Origin: Deltaproteobacteria bacterium
GTDB lineage: Bacteria; Myxococcota; Kuafuiibacteriia; Kuafuiibacteriales; Kuafuiibacteriaceae
Assembly: GCA_040218735.1 (NCBI GenBank)
Contig: JAVJQW010000022.1
Coordinates: 64,001 to 128,000 of the forward strand
Length of the DNA stretch: 64,000 bases
Reading direction: 5' to 3'
Shown here one piece after another: positions 41,165 through 51,697 of the stretch. A model generated the notes under the pieces. It was not told the DNA's origin, searched no databases, and saw only the letters and a program-made list of their open reading frames with translations. Position numbers and translations under genes: made by a program. Within the stretch, counting starts at the first letter, position 1. Each line of letters begins with the position of its first letter.

Positions 41165-43201
41165 CTAGCGCCCGTCGGTATCCGCGAGCAGCGCGTTCAA
41201 CGACGCCTCGTGCACGACCGGGACGCCGTACATCGCAGCCTGGTCGAACTCACGTGCGGCCTTCTTGCCCGCGATGAGCAAGTCCGTGCGCCGACCGACC
41301 GTCGACTGCACCAAGCCACCGCGGCGCTCGATCTCGTCGACGACGTGGACCGCGCCCAGCTCGAAGTCACCGGCGACCACGACGCGCTGTCCGAGGAAGG
41401 GCGCCGAGAACGAACGCGGGCCGTCGAGCAGCTCCACGCCCGCCTCCTTCACGCGCACGATGTCCGCGCGCGCCGTCGATGCGAGCCAACCGCGCAGCCC
41501 CTCCGCCGCCTCCGGCTCCAGGCCGGGGATGCGCGGGCAGTCGTCGGGCTCCAACGTCTCCAGCCGCTGCACCGTGCAGACGTGGTGCGCGATGAGCCGC
41601 GCCGCGTGCTCACTCACGTGCGGGATCCCGAGCAGGTACAACAGCCGCCACAACGGCATCTTCCGCGCGCGCGCCAGCTCGTCTTCGAACCGCGCGCCCT
41701 CGCCCGGCGCGATGTGATCGAGCTGCGTCGGGTCCAGCGTGAACATGTCCGCGACGTCCTTGATCGAAAACTCCGCCTGCAGTCGCTCCACCAGCCGAAG
41801 GCTCACACTCTTCAGCCGCAGCCCGCGGGGCCCGATCAGGTGAAGCAGTCGCGCACGCACGCGGCCCGGGCAGATCGCATTCGTGCACTCGGCGAACGGC
41901 GCGTCGACCGGTTGCTCCAGACCACCGCCGCACGCCGGGCACTTCGGCGGCATCGGCACCGCTTCTTCGTCGCCCTCGAGGTTCACGATCGGTGCGACGC
42001 TCCCCGGGCGCACCCGCAGCCGCGCGCCGACCTTCACGCCGACGATCGAGTGCCCCGTCTCCGTGGGGATCGGCGCACGCTCCGGCACGGGGAGCTTGTG
42101 CTCCGGCGCGCGTTGGATCTGCACCACCGGTAGCAGCGCGCCGCCGCGACCGACCGCGTGATAGACCTTCGCCGCCAACGCGGGGCGGCCCGGCGTCGGG
42201 AACACGAGCCGGACCTTCTGCGGCACTTCGCGCTCCGCCGCGCGTACGCCGAAGCCGAGTTTATTGATCTGGAGGACGGCCGCTTCCAGCGGGAACTCGA
42301 ACTTCGGCGCGATCTGCTGGAGCGCCGCCACGAAGTCGAGCACCTCCTGCAGCCCCTTGCACCGCCACGTCACCGGCAACACCGAAAAGCCCCAGCTCTT
42401 GAGCGCGCCGAGCATCTGCCAGGACGTGTCGACGCCGGGCGGCGGCTCGTCCGCGCCGAGCGCGAACAGCTTGAGCGGCCGGTTCGCCGTGACCGCCGGA
42501 TCCAGCCGACGCACCGACCCGAGCACCGCGCCCCGCGGCAATATGTAGGGGGGGTCGCCGGCGTCGACGCGGCGACGGTCGAGCGCGGTCAGGTCCGTCG
42601 CGCGCATCGCGATGACCGCGTGCACCTCCAGCGCGCCGGGGAACGGCGGCACCGGTGACAACGTCGCGGGGCCGAGGGCCTGCTTGATGAGCTTCGTCGC
42701 GCGCGACTCGGTGATGGTGCCGGGCGGGCGCAGCTTGAGGGGGACCGACGGGATGGTCCGGACGTTGTCGGTGACGTCCTCGCCCTCGGCGCCATCGCCC
42801 TTCAGCACGGCGCGTGCGAGCAGCCCGTTTTCGTAGGTCAGGACAACCTCGACCCCCGGCATCGTGGCGCTCGCGACGTACGTCGCGTCGCCGCCCTCCA
42901 CGGAGAGGACCCGCGCGTGGAAGGCCTTGAGCTCGGCGACGCTCTGGACCACGGGGAGCGACGGCCACATCCGGCGGTGCGCGTAGCGCACGAAGGCGTC
43001 CCGCGGCGTCTGGGGATCGCGCTGGGTCGGGGAGTCGACCGGGCGATCGGGGGTCTCGGCCTCGAGCCGCCGCAGCTCCTCGACCAGGTGCGCGAGGGCG
43101 CGCGGGTCGATGGCGGGGTGCTCTAGGACGAACGTCCGATGCTCGTGGTCGGCGATCTGGAGCCGCAGCTCTGCGGCGCGTTCTTCTGCCCGTGAGGCCA
43201 T
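41165..43201 (-). CDS. NAD-dependent DNA ligase (LigA) paralogue with degenerate catalytic motifs
   Basis: LTYENG..KGDGAEGEDVTDNVRTI, C4 Zn finger, HhH (LGIPHVSE), BRCT; KxDG position reads TMPG. Confidence 0.88.
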   Translation of the reverse strand: MASRAEERAAELRLQIADHEHRTFVLEHPAIDPRALAHLVEELRRLEAETPDRPVDSPTQRDPQTPRDAFVRYAHRRMWPSLPVVQSVAELKAFHARVLSVEGGDATYVASATMPGVEVVLTYENGLLARAVLKGDGAEGEDVTDNVRTIPSVPLKLRPPGTITESRATKLIKQALGPATLSPVPPFPGALEVHAVIAMRATDLTALDRRRVDAGDPPYILPRGAVLGSVRRLDPAVTANRPLKLFALGADEPPPGVDTSWQMLGALKSWGFSVLPVTWRCKGLQEVLDFVAALQQIAPKFEFPLEAAVLQINKLGFGVRAAEREVPQKVRLVFPTPGRPALAAKVYHAVGRGGALLPVVQIQRAPEHKLPVPERAPIPTETGHSIVGVKVGARLRVRPGSVAPIVNLEGDEEAVPMPPKCPACGGGLEQPVDAPFAECTNAICPGRVRARLLHLIGPRGLRLKSVSLRLVERLQAEFSIKDVADMFTLDPTQLDHIAPGEGARFEDELARARKMPLWRLLYLLGIPHVSEHAARLIAHHVCTVQRLETLEPDDCPRIPGLEPEAAEGLRGWLASTARADIVRVKEAGVELLDGPRSFSAPFLGQRVVVAGDFELGAVHVVDEIERRGGLVQSTVGRRTDLLIAGKKAAREFDQAAMYGVPVVHEASLNALLADTDGR

Positions 43202-43364
43202 ATCCGCTTGACTAACCTCGGCGCTGGCCCCTACGTTGCCCCGCGTCACCGGGTGCGCGTGGGTCTTTCCCCTCAGGCCGCACCTGAACTTCTTACAGAA
43301 TCCGTCGAGGATGCCCCAAAGGGCCCCCTTTTCGGACCTCGAAGACCATAGGACCAACAGCGCC

Positions 43365-44828
43365 ATGGCGCAAACCAGCGGCAACCGCCGAACCAGAAAA
43401 TCCGAGGATGAGCATATGACGGGTGAGGGCACCGAAGCACCACGCCGTGGGGGCAAGAAGCGTCGTTCGACGCGTCAGAACAAGCGGCAGGACACCGGCA
43501 ACGGCAACGGCGCCGCCTACGACGAGGATGTGGACGAGATGGCCGCTTCCGCCCCGGCGGATGGGGACGGCCCCGGCCGCATGAACCTCAAGGAGCTCAA
43601 GGAGAAACGTATCTCCGAGCTCACCCGCATGGCCCGCGACATGGGCGTCGAAGGCGCGGCGGGGATGCGGAAGCAGGAGCTGATCTTCGCGGTGCTCAAG
43701 GAGCACGCGGCCCGACGCGGGACGATCTACTCCGAGGGCGTGCTCGAGTGCCTATCCGACGGATTCGGCTTCTTGCGCTCGCCCGACTACAGCTACCTCC
43801 CGGGCCCCGACGACATCTACGTCAGCCCCTCTCAGCTCCGCCGCTTCAACCTCCGCACTGGAGACACGATCAGCGGCCAGATTCGCCCCCCGAAGGACAA
43901 CGAGCGCTACTTCGCCATGCTGAAGGTGGAGAGCGTCAACTTCGAGGCGCCCGAGGTCGCGCGGGACAAGATCCTGTTCGACAACCTGACGCCCCTGTAC
44001 CCGCAGGCGCGCCTGAACCTCGAGCACAAGGGCGACAACTACTCCACGCGCATCATCGACCTGCTCACGCCGATCGGTAAGGGCCAACGCGCCCTCATCG
44101 TGTCGCCGCCGCGCGCCGGTAAGACGGTGCTCCTGCAGGACATCGCGCACGCCATCAGCGCCAACCACCCCGAGGTGTGGCTGATGGTGCTGCTGATCGA
44201 CGAGCGTCCGGAGGAAGTGACGGACATGGAGCGCTCCGTCGACGGCGAGGTCGTCAGCTCGACCTTCGACGAGCCGGCCTCCCGGCACGTCCAGGTCGCC
44301 GAGATGGTCATCGAGAAGGCCAAGCGCCTCGTGGAGCACGGACGCGACGTCGTCATCCTCCTCGACTCGATCACCCGCCTCGCGCGCGCCTACAACACGG
44401 TGATTCCGCCGTCGGGCAAGATCCTCTCCGGTGGTGTCGACGCCAACGCGCTGCACAAGCCGAAGCGTTTCTTCGGCGCCGCGCGCAACATCGAAGAGGG
44501 TGGCTCGCTCACGATCATCGCCTCGGCGCTGGTCGACACCGGCAGCCGCATGGACGAGGTCATCTTCGAGGAGTTCAAGGGCACCGGTAACTCCGAGATC
44601 CACCTCGACCGCAAGCTCATGGAGAAGCGCATCTTCCCGTGCCTCGACATCAACAAGTCGGCGACGCGTAAGGAAGAGCTCCTCCAGCCGCCGGACGTGC
44701 TCAACCGCGTCTGGATCCTCCGTCAGCTGCTGCACCCGCTGAACCCGATCGACTCGATGGAGTTCATGCTCAGCAAGCTGCGCCCGACGAAGGCCAACCA
44801 GGAGTTCCTGGACTCGATGAACAGCTGA
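43365..44828 (+). CDS. rho: Transcription termination factor Rho
   Basis: [51 protein letters not shown]. Confidence 0.98.
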   Translation: MAQTSGNRRTRKSEDEHMTGEGTEAPRRGGKKRRSTRQNKRQDTGNGNGAAYDEDVDEMAASAPADGDGPGRMNLKELKEKRISELTRMARDMGVEGAAGMRKQELIFAVLKEHAARRGTIYSEGVLECLSDGFGFLRSPDYSYLPGPDDIYVSPSQLRRFNLRTGDTISGQIRPPKDNERYFAMLKVESVNFEAPEVARDKILFDNLTPLYPQARLNLEHKGDNYSTRIIDLLTPIGKGQRALIVSPPRAGKTVLLQDIAHAISANHPEVWLMVLLIDERPEEVTDMERSVDGEVVSSTFDEPASRHVQVAEMVIEKAKRLVEHGRDVVILLDSITRLARAYNTVIPPSGKILSGGVDANALHKPKRFFGAARNIEEGGSLTIIASALVDTGSRMDEVIFEEFKGTGNSEIHLDRKLMEKRIFPCLDINKSATRKEELLQPPDVLNRVWILRQLLHPLNPIDSMEFMLSKLRPTKANQEFLDSMNS

Positions 44829-44858
44829 CGGCGTCGGCCGTCGCTCCCCTCACGGCTC

Positions 44859-44905
44859 GCGGACATCGCCGCACGCGTCGAACGTGACGTGCGCGGCGAT
44901 CCCGC
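44859..44905 (+). terminator. GC-rich hairpin downstream of rho (no U-tract)
   Basis: gcggacatcgccgcacgcgtcg-aacg-tgacgtgcgcggcgatcccgc. Confidence 0.5.
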
Positions 44906-44996
44906 ACCCACGACTTCCCGTCCAGCTTCTTGGCCACCCACACGTCGACGAGTTCGACGGGGCCGCCCTGCGCCCATTCAGACGGTCGTGGGTCGC

Positions 44997-45050
44997 GCTG
45001 AACGTCGCTGAACAATTCGATCGAAGTCGTTTGAACAATTCGTTCAAACG
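44997..45050. promoter_or_regulatory. Putative enhancer: TGAAC repeats and a 9-bp inverted repeat
   Basis: cgtttgaac-aattc-gttcaaacg (45028-45050); tgaacaattcg also at 45009; gctgaac twice. Confidence 0.6.
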
Positions 45051-45086
45051 GGCGCGCGTTCGTCGCTCACGCCGAGCCTCCTCCGT

Positions 45087-45102
45087 CGGCACGCCTCCTG
45101 CT
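45087..45102 (+). promoter_or_regulatory. sigma54 (-24/-12) promoter
   Basis: CGGCACGCCTCCTGCT, GG-N10-GC, followed by RBS gggagg (45115-45120). Confidence 0.7.
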
Positions 45103-45120
45103 GAGGGCGCACTCGGGAGG

Positions 45121-48100
45121 ATGCACTTGCACAAGTCGAAACCGTTCACATTCTTGCTCGGCGCCCTGTTGGTCGGCGTCGGTTGTTCCAACGAACAGGA
45201 CGCGACCGGGGTGAAGGACGACGCGATCGTCTACCAACCGAACCTCGTCGTCACGGCGCTCGAGACGCCCTACTCCGTCGCGCCCTACAACCCGATCGAC
45301 CTGACCGTCACCGTCTGTAACCAGGGCAACGACTGGGCGTCGAACAGCGACACTCTCCTCGTCGTCTCCACCGACACCACGATCACCTCGGCCGACACCT
45401 GGATCACCAGCGTCCCCACGAACAGCCTGGCCCCCGGACAGTGCGACACGCAGTCCGTCTCCTATCCGCTCCCTCCCCTGATGGACGGCGCCTATTACAT
45501 CGGCGCGATCGCGGACGAGTCGGGCTTCGTCATCGAGTCCGACGAGACCGACAACACCCTCGCGAGCGACATCATCGGCATCGGCTACGGCCCCGACCCG
45601 GTCGTCACCGCGATTTCCGCCCCGCCGAGCAGCGCGGACGGGCTCCCCGTCGTCGTCACCGTCTGCAACCGCGGGACGGATCCGGCCGGCGGCGTCGACC
45701 TCACGCTCTACCTTTCGACCGACACCACCATCGAGGACTACGCGTCGAACCCCATGTCGCCCGACTTCTTCCTCAGCGGCGACTACATCTCGAACCTCTA
45801 CCCCGGTGAGTGCACCGACCTCACGATCAACGGCTGGGTCGGCGGCCTCCCGACCGGCGCCTACTACATCGGCGCCGTCGTCGATGAGTGGAACTTCACG
45901 ACCGAGCTGATCGAGTCCAACCAGGTCACCGTCGACGGCCCCATCGGCATCGGCTGGGGACCCGACCTCGTCACCACCGCCGTCGACGCGCCCGCCGCGA
46001 CCGACGGCTACTTCGACGCCACCGTCACCATCTGCAACGTCGGCACCGACATCAGCTACGGCGCGGACGCCTCGCTCTACCTCTCCGAGGACACCGTGAT
46101 CGAGTCGCCGATGACGAACCCGATGACGACCGACATGCCGATCGGCGGCGTCACCGTCAGCTTCCTCGCCCCCGGACAGTGTGAAGACGTGACGCAGAGC
46201 TTCTGGGCCCCGACCGGCCTCGACGCGCCGTACATCGGCGTCCTCACCGACGAGTTCAACACCGTCGCCGAGCTGATCGAGAGCAACAACACGTTCGTCG
46301 GCGACCGCATCGGCGTCGGCTACGGCCCGGACATCGTCGTCGAGACCCTGACGTACCCGCCGAGCGCGGACGGGATGTTCTCGATCGTCGTGCGCGCCTG
46401 CAACCAGGGCACCGACTACACCAGCGGCTTCAACGTCGACGTCTACGCTTCGACCGACGCGACCATCGAAGGCACCTTCGCGAGCCCGTACGGCGACTAC
46501 CCGCTGGCCGGCGCCTACTTCAGCTCGCTGTACGCCGGCCAGTGCGCGCAGCAGACGGTCCAGGCCTACCCGCCGGGCCTCTTCGGACCGCACTACATCG
46601 GCGCGATCGCCGACGAGGGCGCGTCGGTCCTCGAGCTCAACGAGTACAACAACGTCTACGTCGGCGCGCCGATGGGCTTCGGCTACGGCAGTGACCTCGT
46701 CGTCTCCTCGGTCGTCGTGCCTCCGAGCGCGGACGGCCAGTTCGAGGTCGACGTCACCGTGTGCAACCAGGGCACCGCGCAGGCTTCCTACACGGACGTC
46801 GAGCTGTACCTGTCGTCGGACCTCGTCCTCTCCACGGGGCCGAGCGGATCGGACTTCCCGATCGGCGGCACCAGCTTCGCGACGCTCTACCCGATGGCCT
46901 GCGCCACGCAGTCGGTGATCGCGAACGTGTACGGCAACACCGGCCCGTACTACGTCGGCGCGATCGTCGATCCGTTCGACAGCGAGCAGGAGCTCATCGA
47001 GACCAACAACGAAGCCTTCTCGGGCATCTTCGGCGTCGGCTACGGCCCCGACCTCGTCGTCACCGCGATCGACGCGCCGCCGAGCACGGACGGTCAGTTC
47101 TCCGCCACGATCACCGTGTGTAACCAGGGCACCGCGTCCTCCTCGTCGACCGACGTCGAGCTGATCCTCACGCTCGACGACGTCATCGAGACGTACTTCG
47201 GCAACCCGTACACGCAAGACTTCCCGGCCGGCGGCGCGCCCATCCCGACGCTCAACCCCGGTCAGTGCACGAACGCCGCGATCAACGGCTACGCGCCCGC
47301 ACCGTCGCCCGCGCACTACTTGGCCGCGATCGTGGATCCCTACGACTCGATCCCCGAGCTCGTCGAATCCAACAACGATTTCCTCGGCGACCTGATCGGT
47401 ATCGGCTACGACGCCGACCTCATCGTCAGCGCGATCGCCGCCCCGCCGAGCGCGAACGGCAACGCGACCATCACCGTCACCGCCTGCAACCAGGGCACCG
47501 CCCCCTCCTCCTCCTTCGACGTCGAGCTGTACGTCTCCGAGGACCAGATCATCGAGGGGTACACGATGAGCGGCCCGCCGGTGGACACGCCGATCGGTGG
47601 CGCGTACCTGACGTCGCTCAACCCCGGCGCGTGTGCCTCGCAGGACGTGCTCGTGTGGCTCCCCGCCCCGGACGCGGCGTGGTACCTCGGCGCGATCGCG
47701 GATCCGTTCGACTCCCAGATCGAGCTGATCGAATCCAACAACACGTTCCTCGGCCCGCGCATCGGCCTCGGCTCCGGGCCCGACCTCGTCGTTCAGTCCG
47801 TCACCGGCCCGGCGAGCGCCAACGGCCCGTTCGACGTCGTCGTCACCGTCTGCAACCAGGGCACGACGTTCGCCGGCAACGCCGACGTGGAGATCTACGC
47901 GAGCGAGGACCTGAGCATCCAGACCGTGCAGCAGAACCCGTTCACCAACGACTTCCCGATCGCGTGGGCGAACTTCTCGAACCTGCAGCCCGGCGCGTGC
48001 GGGACGCAGACCACGCAGGCCGCGCCGCCGCCGTGGACGGGCGCAGGGTACCTCGCCGGCATCGTCGATCCCTACGAGGCGGTGACCGAGCTCGACGAGG

Positions 48101-49773
48101 AGAACAACGTCACGTTCGACGGCGTCGTCGGCTTCGGCAACGGCCCCGACTTCATCGTCACCGCGATCTCGGGTCCGCCGAGCTCGACGGGCACGTTCAA
48201 CCTCGCGTGGACCGTGTGTAACCAGGGCACGCAGGCCGGCGCGACCGACGTGACGCTCTACCAGTCCGACGACGCCGTGATCACCTCCGACATGCCGTAC
48301 CCCGGCGCGGGCGACACGATCATCGGCAGCATCAACGTGAGCATCAACGCCGACGACTGCGCGAGCGGCACGCTGCCCGTGAGCACGTTCGGCCAGGGCG
48401 CGTACTACCTCGGCGCGATCGCGGACGAGTACGACACGACCGTGGAGCTCATCGAGACCAACAACACGTTCGTCGGCGGCCAGATCGGCATCGGCAACGA
48501 TCCCGACCTCGTCGTCTCGAGCGTCGCGGGTCCGCCGAGCACGACCGGCTCGTTCACGATCGACTACACGGTCTGCAACCAGGGCACGACGTCGAGCCCC
48601 GGCACCGACGTGAACTTCTACCTCGTGACGGGCGAGACGCTCGTGGGTCAGGCCAACAACCCGTACGGCGATCCGCCGGTCGCGAACGACTTCGTGCCGA
48701 CGCTCCCCGCGGGTGACTGTCACATCGCGCTCACCCCGGCGTACGCGCCGCAGCCCGGTACCTATCGAATCGGCGCGATCGTCGACGAGTGGTCAGCGGT
48801 GTCGGAGCTCATCGAGACGAACAACGGGCTGCTCGGCCCGCAGATCGGCGTCGGCAACGGCCCCGACCTGATCGTCGAGAGTGTCACCGGTCCGGCCGTC
48901 ACCGGCCCGGGCGCGTACCCGGACTTCGTGGTGCGCGTGTGCAACCAAGGGACCGCGGGCAGCACCGCGACGAACGGCACGTTGTACCTGTCGAACGACG
49001 CGACGATCGAGCCGTTCGACGCGATGCTCACGCAGTACCCGGTGAACAACATCGCGACCGGCGCGTGTGAAGACGTCCTCGTGCCCGCGCCGATGCCGCC
49101 GTACACCGGTAGCTTCTTCGTCGGTGCGATCGTGGACGACTTCGACAGCGTCCCCGAGCTCATCGAGACGAACAACGCGAGCAGCGGCACGCCGATCGAG
49201 CTCGCGGCGATGTTCTGCGGGGACGGCAGCGTCGACCCCGCGACCGAGGAGTGCGACGACGGCAACGGCATCAGCGGCGACGGCTGCAGCGCGACGTGTT
49301 TCGTCGAGCACACCGTGTGGCAGGAGAACCAGTCCGGCCCCAGCCAGGGGCCGTACAACTGGAACTACGCGATGGGCTTCCACTTCACGCCGACGCGCGA
49401 CGGCGAGATCACGCAGCTGGGTGGCTACTTCTACGGTGGTCCGAAGACGGTGCGTCTGTTCGAGCGCGACACGGGTGTGCTCCTCGCCGAGACCCAGGTG
49501 GCGGGCCAGGCGAACGTCGGGCAGTTCAGCTACGGCGACATCACGACGGTGCCGGTGACGGCGGGGACACGTTATACGGTGGCGGTCTACCTCGCGGGGA
49601 CCGGCGGGACGCGCACGATCGTGAACCCGCGCTTCCCGGTGGCGTACGGCGACATCACGATCGACGCGTCGACGTACATCTATACGGGCTCGAACCCCGA
49701 CCGCCGGCCGACCAACAGCATCCCACGCGTGATGTACGGCCAGGCGGACATTCGGTACGCACCGACCGAGTGA
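45121..49773 (+). CDS. Large lipoprotein: 11 CARDB-like repeats, Myxococcus Cys-rich repeat, DUF4082-like C-terminus
   Basis: Lipobox VGVGC; 11 x PDLVV..TVCNQG..YYIGAIVD..ELIETNN; CGDG..EECDDGN..GDGCSATC; MGFHFTP..DGEIT. TTG 45127 fits the RBS better. Confidence 0.9.
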   Translation: MHLHKSKPFTFLLGALLVGVGCSNEQDATGVKDDAIVYQPNLVVTALETPYSVAPYNPIDLTVTVCNQGNDWASNSDTLLVVSTDTTITSADTWITSVPTNSLAPGQCDTQSVSYPLPPLMDGAYYIGAIADESGFVIESDETDNTLASDIIGIGYGPDPVVTAISAPPSSADGLPVVVTVCNRGTDPAGGVDLTLYLSTDTTIEDYASNPMSPDFFLSGDYISNLYPGECTDLTINGWVGGLPTGAYYIGAVVDEWNFTTELIESNQVTVDGPIGIGWGPDLVTTAVDAPAATDGYFDATVTICNVGTDISYGADASLYLSEDTVIESPMTNPMTTDMPIGGVTVSFLAPGQCEDVTQSFWAPTGLDAPYIGVLTDEFNTVAELIESNNTFVGDRIGVGYGPDIVVETLTYPPSADGMFSIVVRACNQGTDYTSGFNVDVYASTDATIEGTFASPYGDYPLAGAYFSSLYAGQCAQQTVQAYPPGLFGPHYIGAIADEGASVLELNEYNNVYVGAPMGFGYGSDLVVSSVVVPPSADGQFEVDVTVCNQGTAQASYTDVELYLSSDLVLSTGPSGSDFPIGGTSFATLYPMACATQSVIANVYGNTGPYYVGAIVDPFDSEQELIETNNEAFSGIFGVGYGPDLVVTAIDAPPSTDGQFSATITVCNQGTASSSSTDVELILTLDDVIETYFGNPYTQDFPAGGAPIPTLNPGQCTNAAINGYAPAPSPAHYLAAIVDPYDSIPELVESNNDFLGDLIGIGYDADLIVSAIAAPPSANGNATITVTACNQGTAPSSSFDVELYVSEDQIIEGYTMSGPPVDTPIGGAYLTSLNPGACASQDVLVWLPAPDAAWYLGAIADPFDSQIELIESNNTFLGPRIGLGSGPDLVVQSVTGPASANGPFDVVVTVCNQGTTFAGNADVEIYASEDLSIQTVQQNPFTNDFPIAWANFSNLQPGACGTQTTQAAPPPWTGAGYLAGIVDPYEAVTELDEENNVTFDGVVGFGNGPDFIVTAISGPPSSTGTFNLAWTVCNQGTQAGATDVTLYQSDDAVITSDMPYPGAGDTIIGSINVSINADDCASGTLPVSTFGQGAYYLGAIADEYDTTVELIETNNTFVGGQIGIGNDPDLVVSSVAGPPSTTGSFTIDYTVCNQGTTSSPGTDVNFYLVTGETLVGQANNPYGDPPVANDFVPTLPAGDCHIALTPAYAPQPGTYRIGAIVDEWSAVSELIETNNGLLGPQIGVGNGPDLIVESVTGPAVTGPGAYPDFVVRVCNQGTAGSTATNGTLYLSNDATIEPFDAMLTQYPVNNIATGACEDVLVPAPMPPYTGSFFVGAIVDDFDSVPELIETNNASSGTPIELAAMFCGDGSVDPATEECDDGNGISGDGCSATCFVEHTVWQENQSGPSQGPYNWNYAMGFHFTPTRDGEITQLGGYFYGGPKTVRLFERDTGVLLAETQVAGQANVGQFSYGDITTVPVTAGTRYTVAVYLAGTGGTRTIVNPRFPVAYGDITIDASTYIYTGSNPDRRPTNSIPRVMYGQADIRYAPTE

Positions 49774-49810
49774 TTGGGGGCGCCGTGTCGGGCTCGGACG
49801 CCCTGCCCCT

Positions 49811-51613
49811 TCAGTCCGAGCCCGGCACCGGCGTCTGCTTCCGAGGCCGCGCGATCCCGTAGCGGTCCAGGCGCGACACCAGCGTCCCCCTCGAGATCCC
49901 CAGCTTCTTCGCCGCGCGCGTCTGGTTGCCGTGGCACTCCGCGAGCGCGACGACGATCGCGCGGTGCTCGTCGTTCACGAACAAGTCCGCCGGCATCGTC
50001 GGCTCCGAGAACGAAGCGGCCGGGAACGGCTGCGGCGGCGCGGGCTGCAACACCGCAGACGTCGGCACGACCGTCCGCATCACGGGGGCGCGCATGTTCT
50101 CCGCGGGGAGGTGGCTGACGTCGATCGGCTCCCCGCCCGCCAGGTACACCGCGCGCTCCACGGTGTGGACGAGCTCGCGCACGTTGCCGGGCCAGTGGTA
50201 CCCGCGGAGCATGTTCTCGGCGGCGTCCGTGAACCTCGGGCTGCCCGGGAAGCCGGCTTTGACGTGCGCGCGCGTCGCGAAGTGGCGGACCAGCGGCTCG
50301 ATCTCCGCGGGGCGCTCACGCAGCGCCGGCACGTTCAGCGTGACGCCGTTGAGGCGGTAGTAAAGATCGAGGCGGAAGCGGCGCTGTGCGATCTCCTCTT
50401 CGAGATCGCGGTTGGTCGCGGAGACGAAGCGTACGTCGACGGGGATCGGCGTCCGGCCACCGACGCGCATCACTTCGTTCGATTCGATCACCCGGAGCAG
50501 CTTGCTCTGCACGAGCGGCGGGAGCTCGCCGACTTCGTCGAGCAGCACGGTGCCGCGGTTCGCGGACTCGATGATCCCGGGCTGCGCGGACTCGGCGCCG
50601 GTGAACGCACCCTTCTCGTGCCCGAACAGCTCACTCTCCACGAGTGACTCGGAGAGCGCGGCGCAGTTGATCCGAATGAAGGGGTGATCACGGCGCAGCG
50701 ACGCGCGGTGAACGGCCTCCGCCATGATCTCCTTGCCGACGCCGGTCTCGCCGAGGATCAGCACCGCGAGATCACTCGGCGCGACGCGATCGATGATCCG
50801 GTAGAGGGCCTCCATCGCGGAGTCCTCGACGACGATGTCACTCGTGGCCTCCGCGGTGGGCGCGCCCTCCCCGAGGGCGGCCATCAGATCGTTCGGGCGA
50901 CGGCCATCGACGCCGTAGATCGCGACGTTCACGTCGACCGTGCTCGCGTGGCGCGCGACGCGCTCGAACAGCGCGTTCTTCCCGCCCTGCGGGACGTCGA
51001 TCGCGATGACGCCGTACGTCTTCGGGTCGAGCTTGGCGACGAAGTCGAAGGACTTGAACACCGACAGCGCCTTCTCGACGGTCGCGCGGTCCTCCCCCGC
51101 CTTCGCGCTGAGCCGCACGATCGCAAACGGGACGTCCGTCATCCGCGCGCGCTCGCACTCCTCGGTGAGGCGCGCGTCGAAGTCGATGCGCGACCACACG
51201 CGGCGCACCCGCGAGCCGAGCGCGGCGCGCTGCACGGTGAGCATGATCGAGCCGAGGTCGATCGCCTCGCCGAGCTTCACCGGGGTGGTGGTGTTCGCTT
51301 CCAGGCGACGGCCGGAGACCGACGTCCCGTTGGCGCTCCCAAGGTCCTCGAGCGCGAGGCGGACCTGGTCGCCGTCGGCCGTCTCGATGTGAAGGACGGC
51401 GTGTCGCCTCGAGATCGACGCGTCCGTGAGGTGCACGTCGGACTCCTGCGAGCGGCCGATCGTGACCTCGCCGTTCGGAGGTAGGACGTGGGTCGACACC
51501 GTGTTCACGCCGTCGCGGAGCACCAGCAGCTTCAGGCCGATGCCTCGGCTCTCGGCGGGAGGCGCGCGATCCGTGGTCTCGGCGCTGAGGGTGTCGACCC
51601 AGTCGTTCGGCAT
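49811..51613 (-). CDS. FHA-domain sigma54-dependent activator
   Basis: IGRS..ISRRH..LGSANGT; degenerate GGDEF-like middle; GETGVGKE, GAFTGA, WPGNVREL; HTH GNQTRAAKKLGISR. Confidence 0.95.
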   Translation of the reverse strand: MPNDWVDTLSAETTDRAPPAESRGIGLKLLVLRDGVNTVSTHVLPPNGEVTIGRSQESDVHLTDASISRRHAVLHIETADGDQVRLALEDLGSANGTSVSGRRLEANTTTPVKLGEAIDLGSIMLTVQRAALGSRVRRVWSRIDFDARLTEECERARMTDVPFAIVRLSAKAGEDRATVEKALSVFKSFDFVAKLDPKTYGVIAIDVPQGGKNALFERVARHASTVDVNVAIYGVDGRRPNDLMAALGEGAPTAEATSDIVVEDSAMEALYRIIDRVAPSDLAVLILGETGVGKEIMAEAVHRASLRRDHPFIRINCAALSESLVESELFGHEKGAFTGAESAQPGIIESANRGTVLLDEVGELPPLVQSKLLRVIESNEVMRVGGRTPIPVDVRFVSATNRDLEEEIAQRRFRLDLYYRLNGVTLNVPALRERPAEIEPLVRHFATRAHVKAGFPGSPRFTDAAENMLRGYHWPGNVRELVHTVERAVYLAGGEPIDVSHLPAENMRAPVMRTVVPTSAVLQPAPPQPFPAASFSEPTMPADLFVNDEHRAIVVALAECHGNQTRAAKKLGISRGTLVSRLDRYGIARPRKQTPVPGSD

Positions 51614-51697
51614 CGTGTGGGGCGAAGCATCGCATCATCGCGCGGGGACTTGAACCGCGACGGGCATGAGACGAGACTCACATCTGTTTTGGTGTCG

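Noticed and set aside
41165-43201. Calling this functional ligA, or a pseudogene
   Set aside because: The catalytic lysine is absent, yet the frame and structural domains are intact, so neither label fits.
45067-48723. 1218-aa minus-strand ORF
   Set aside because: Mirror frame of the CARDB gene caused by high-GC codon bias.
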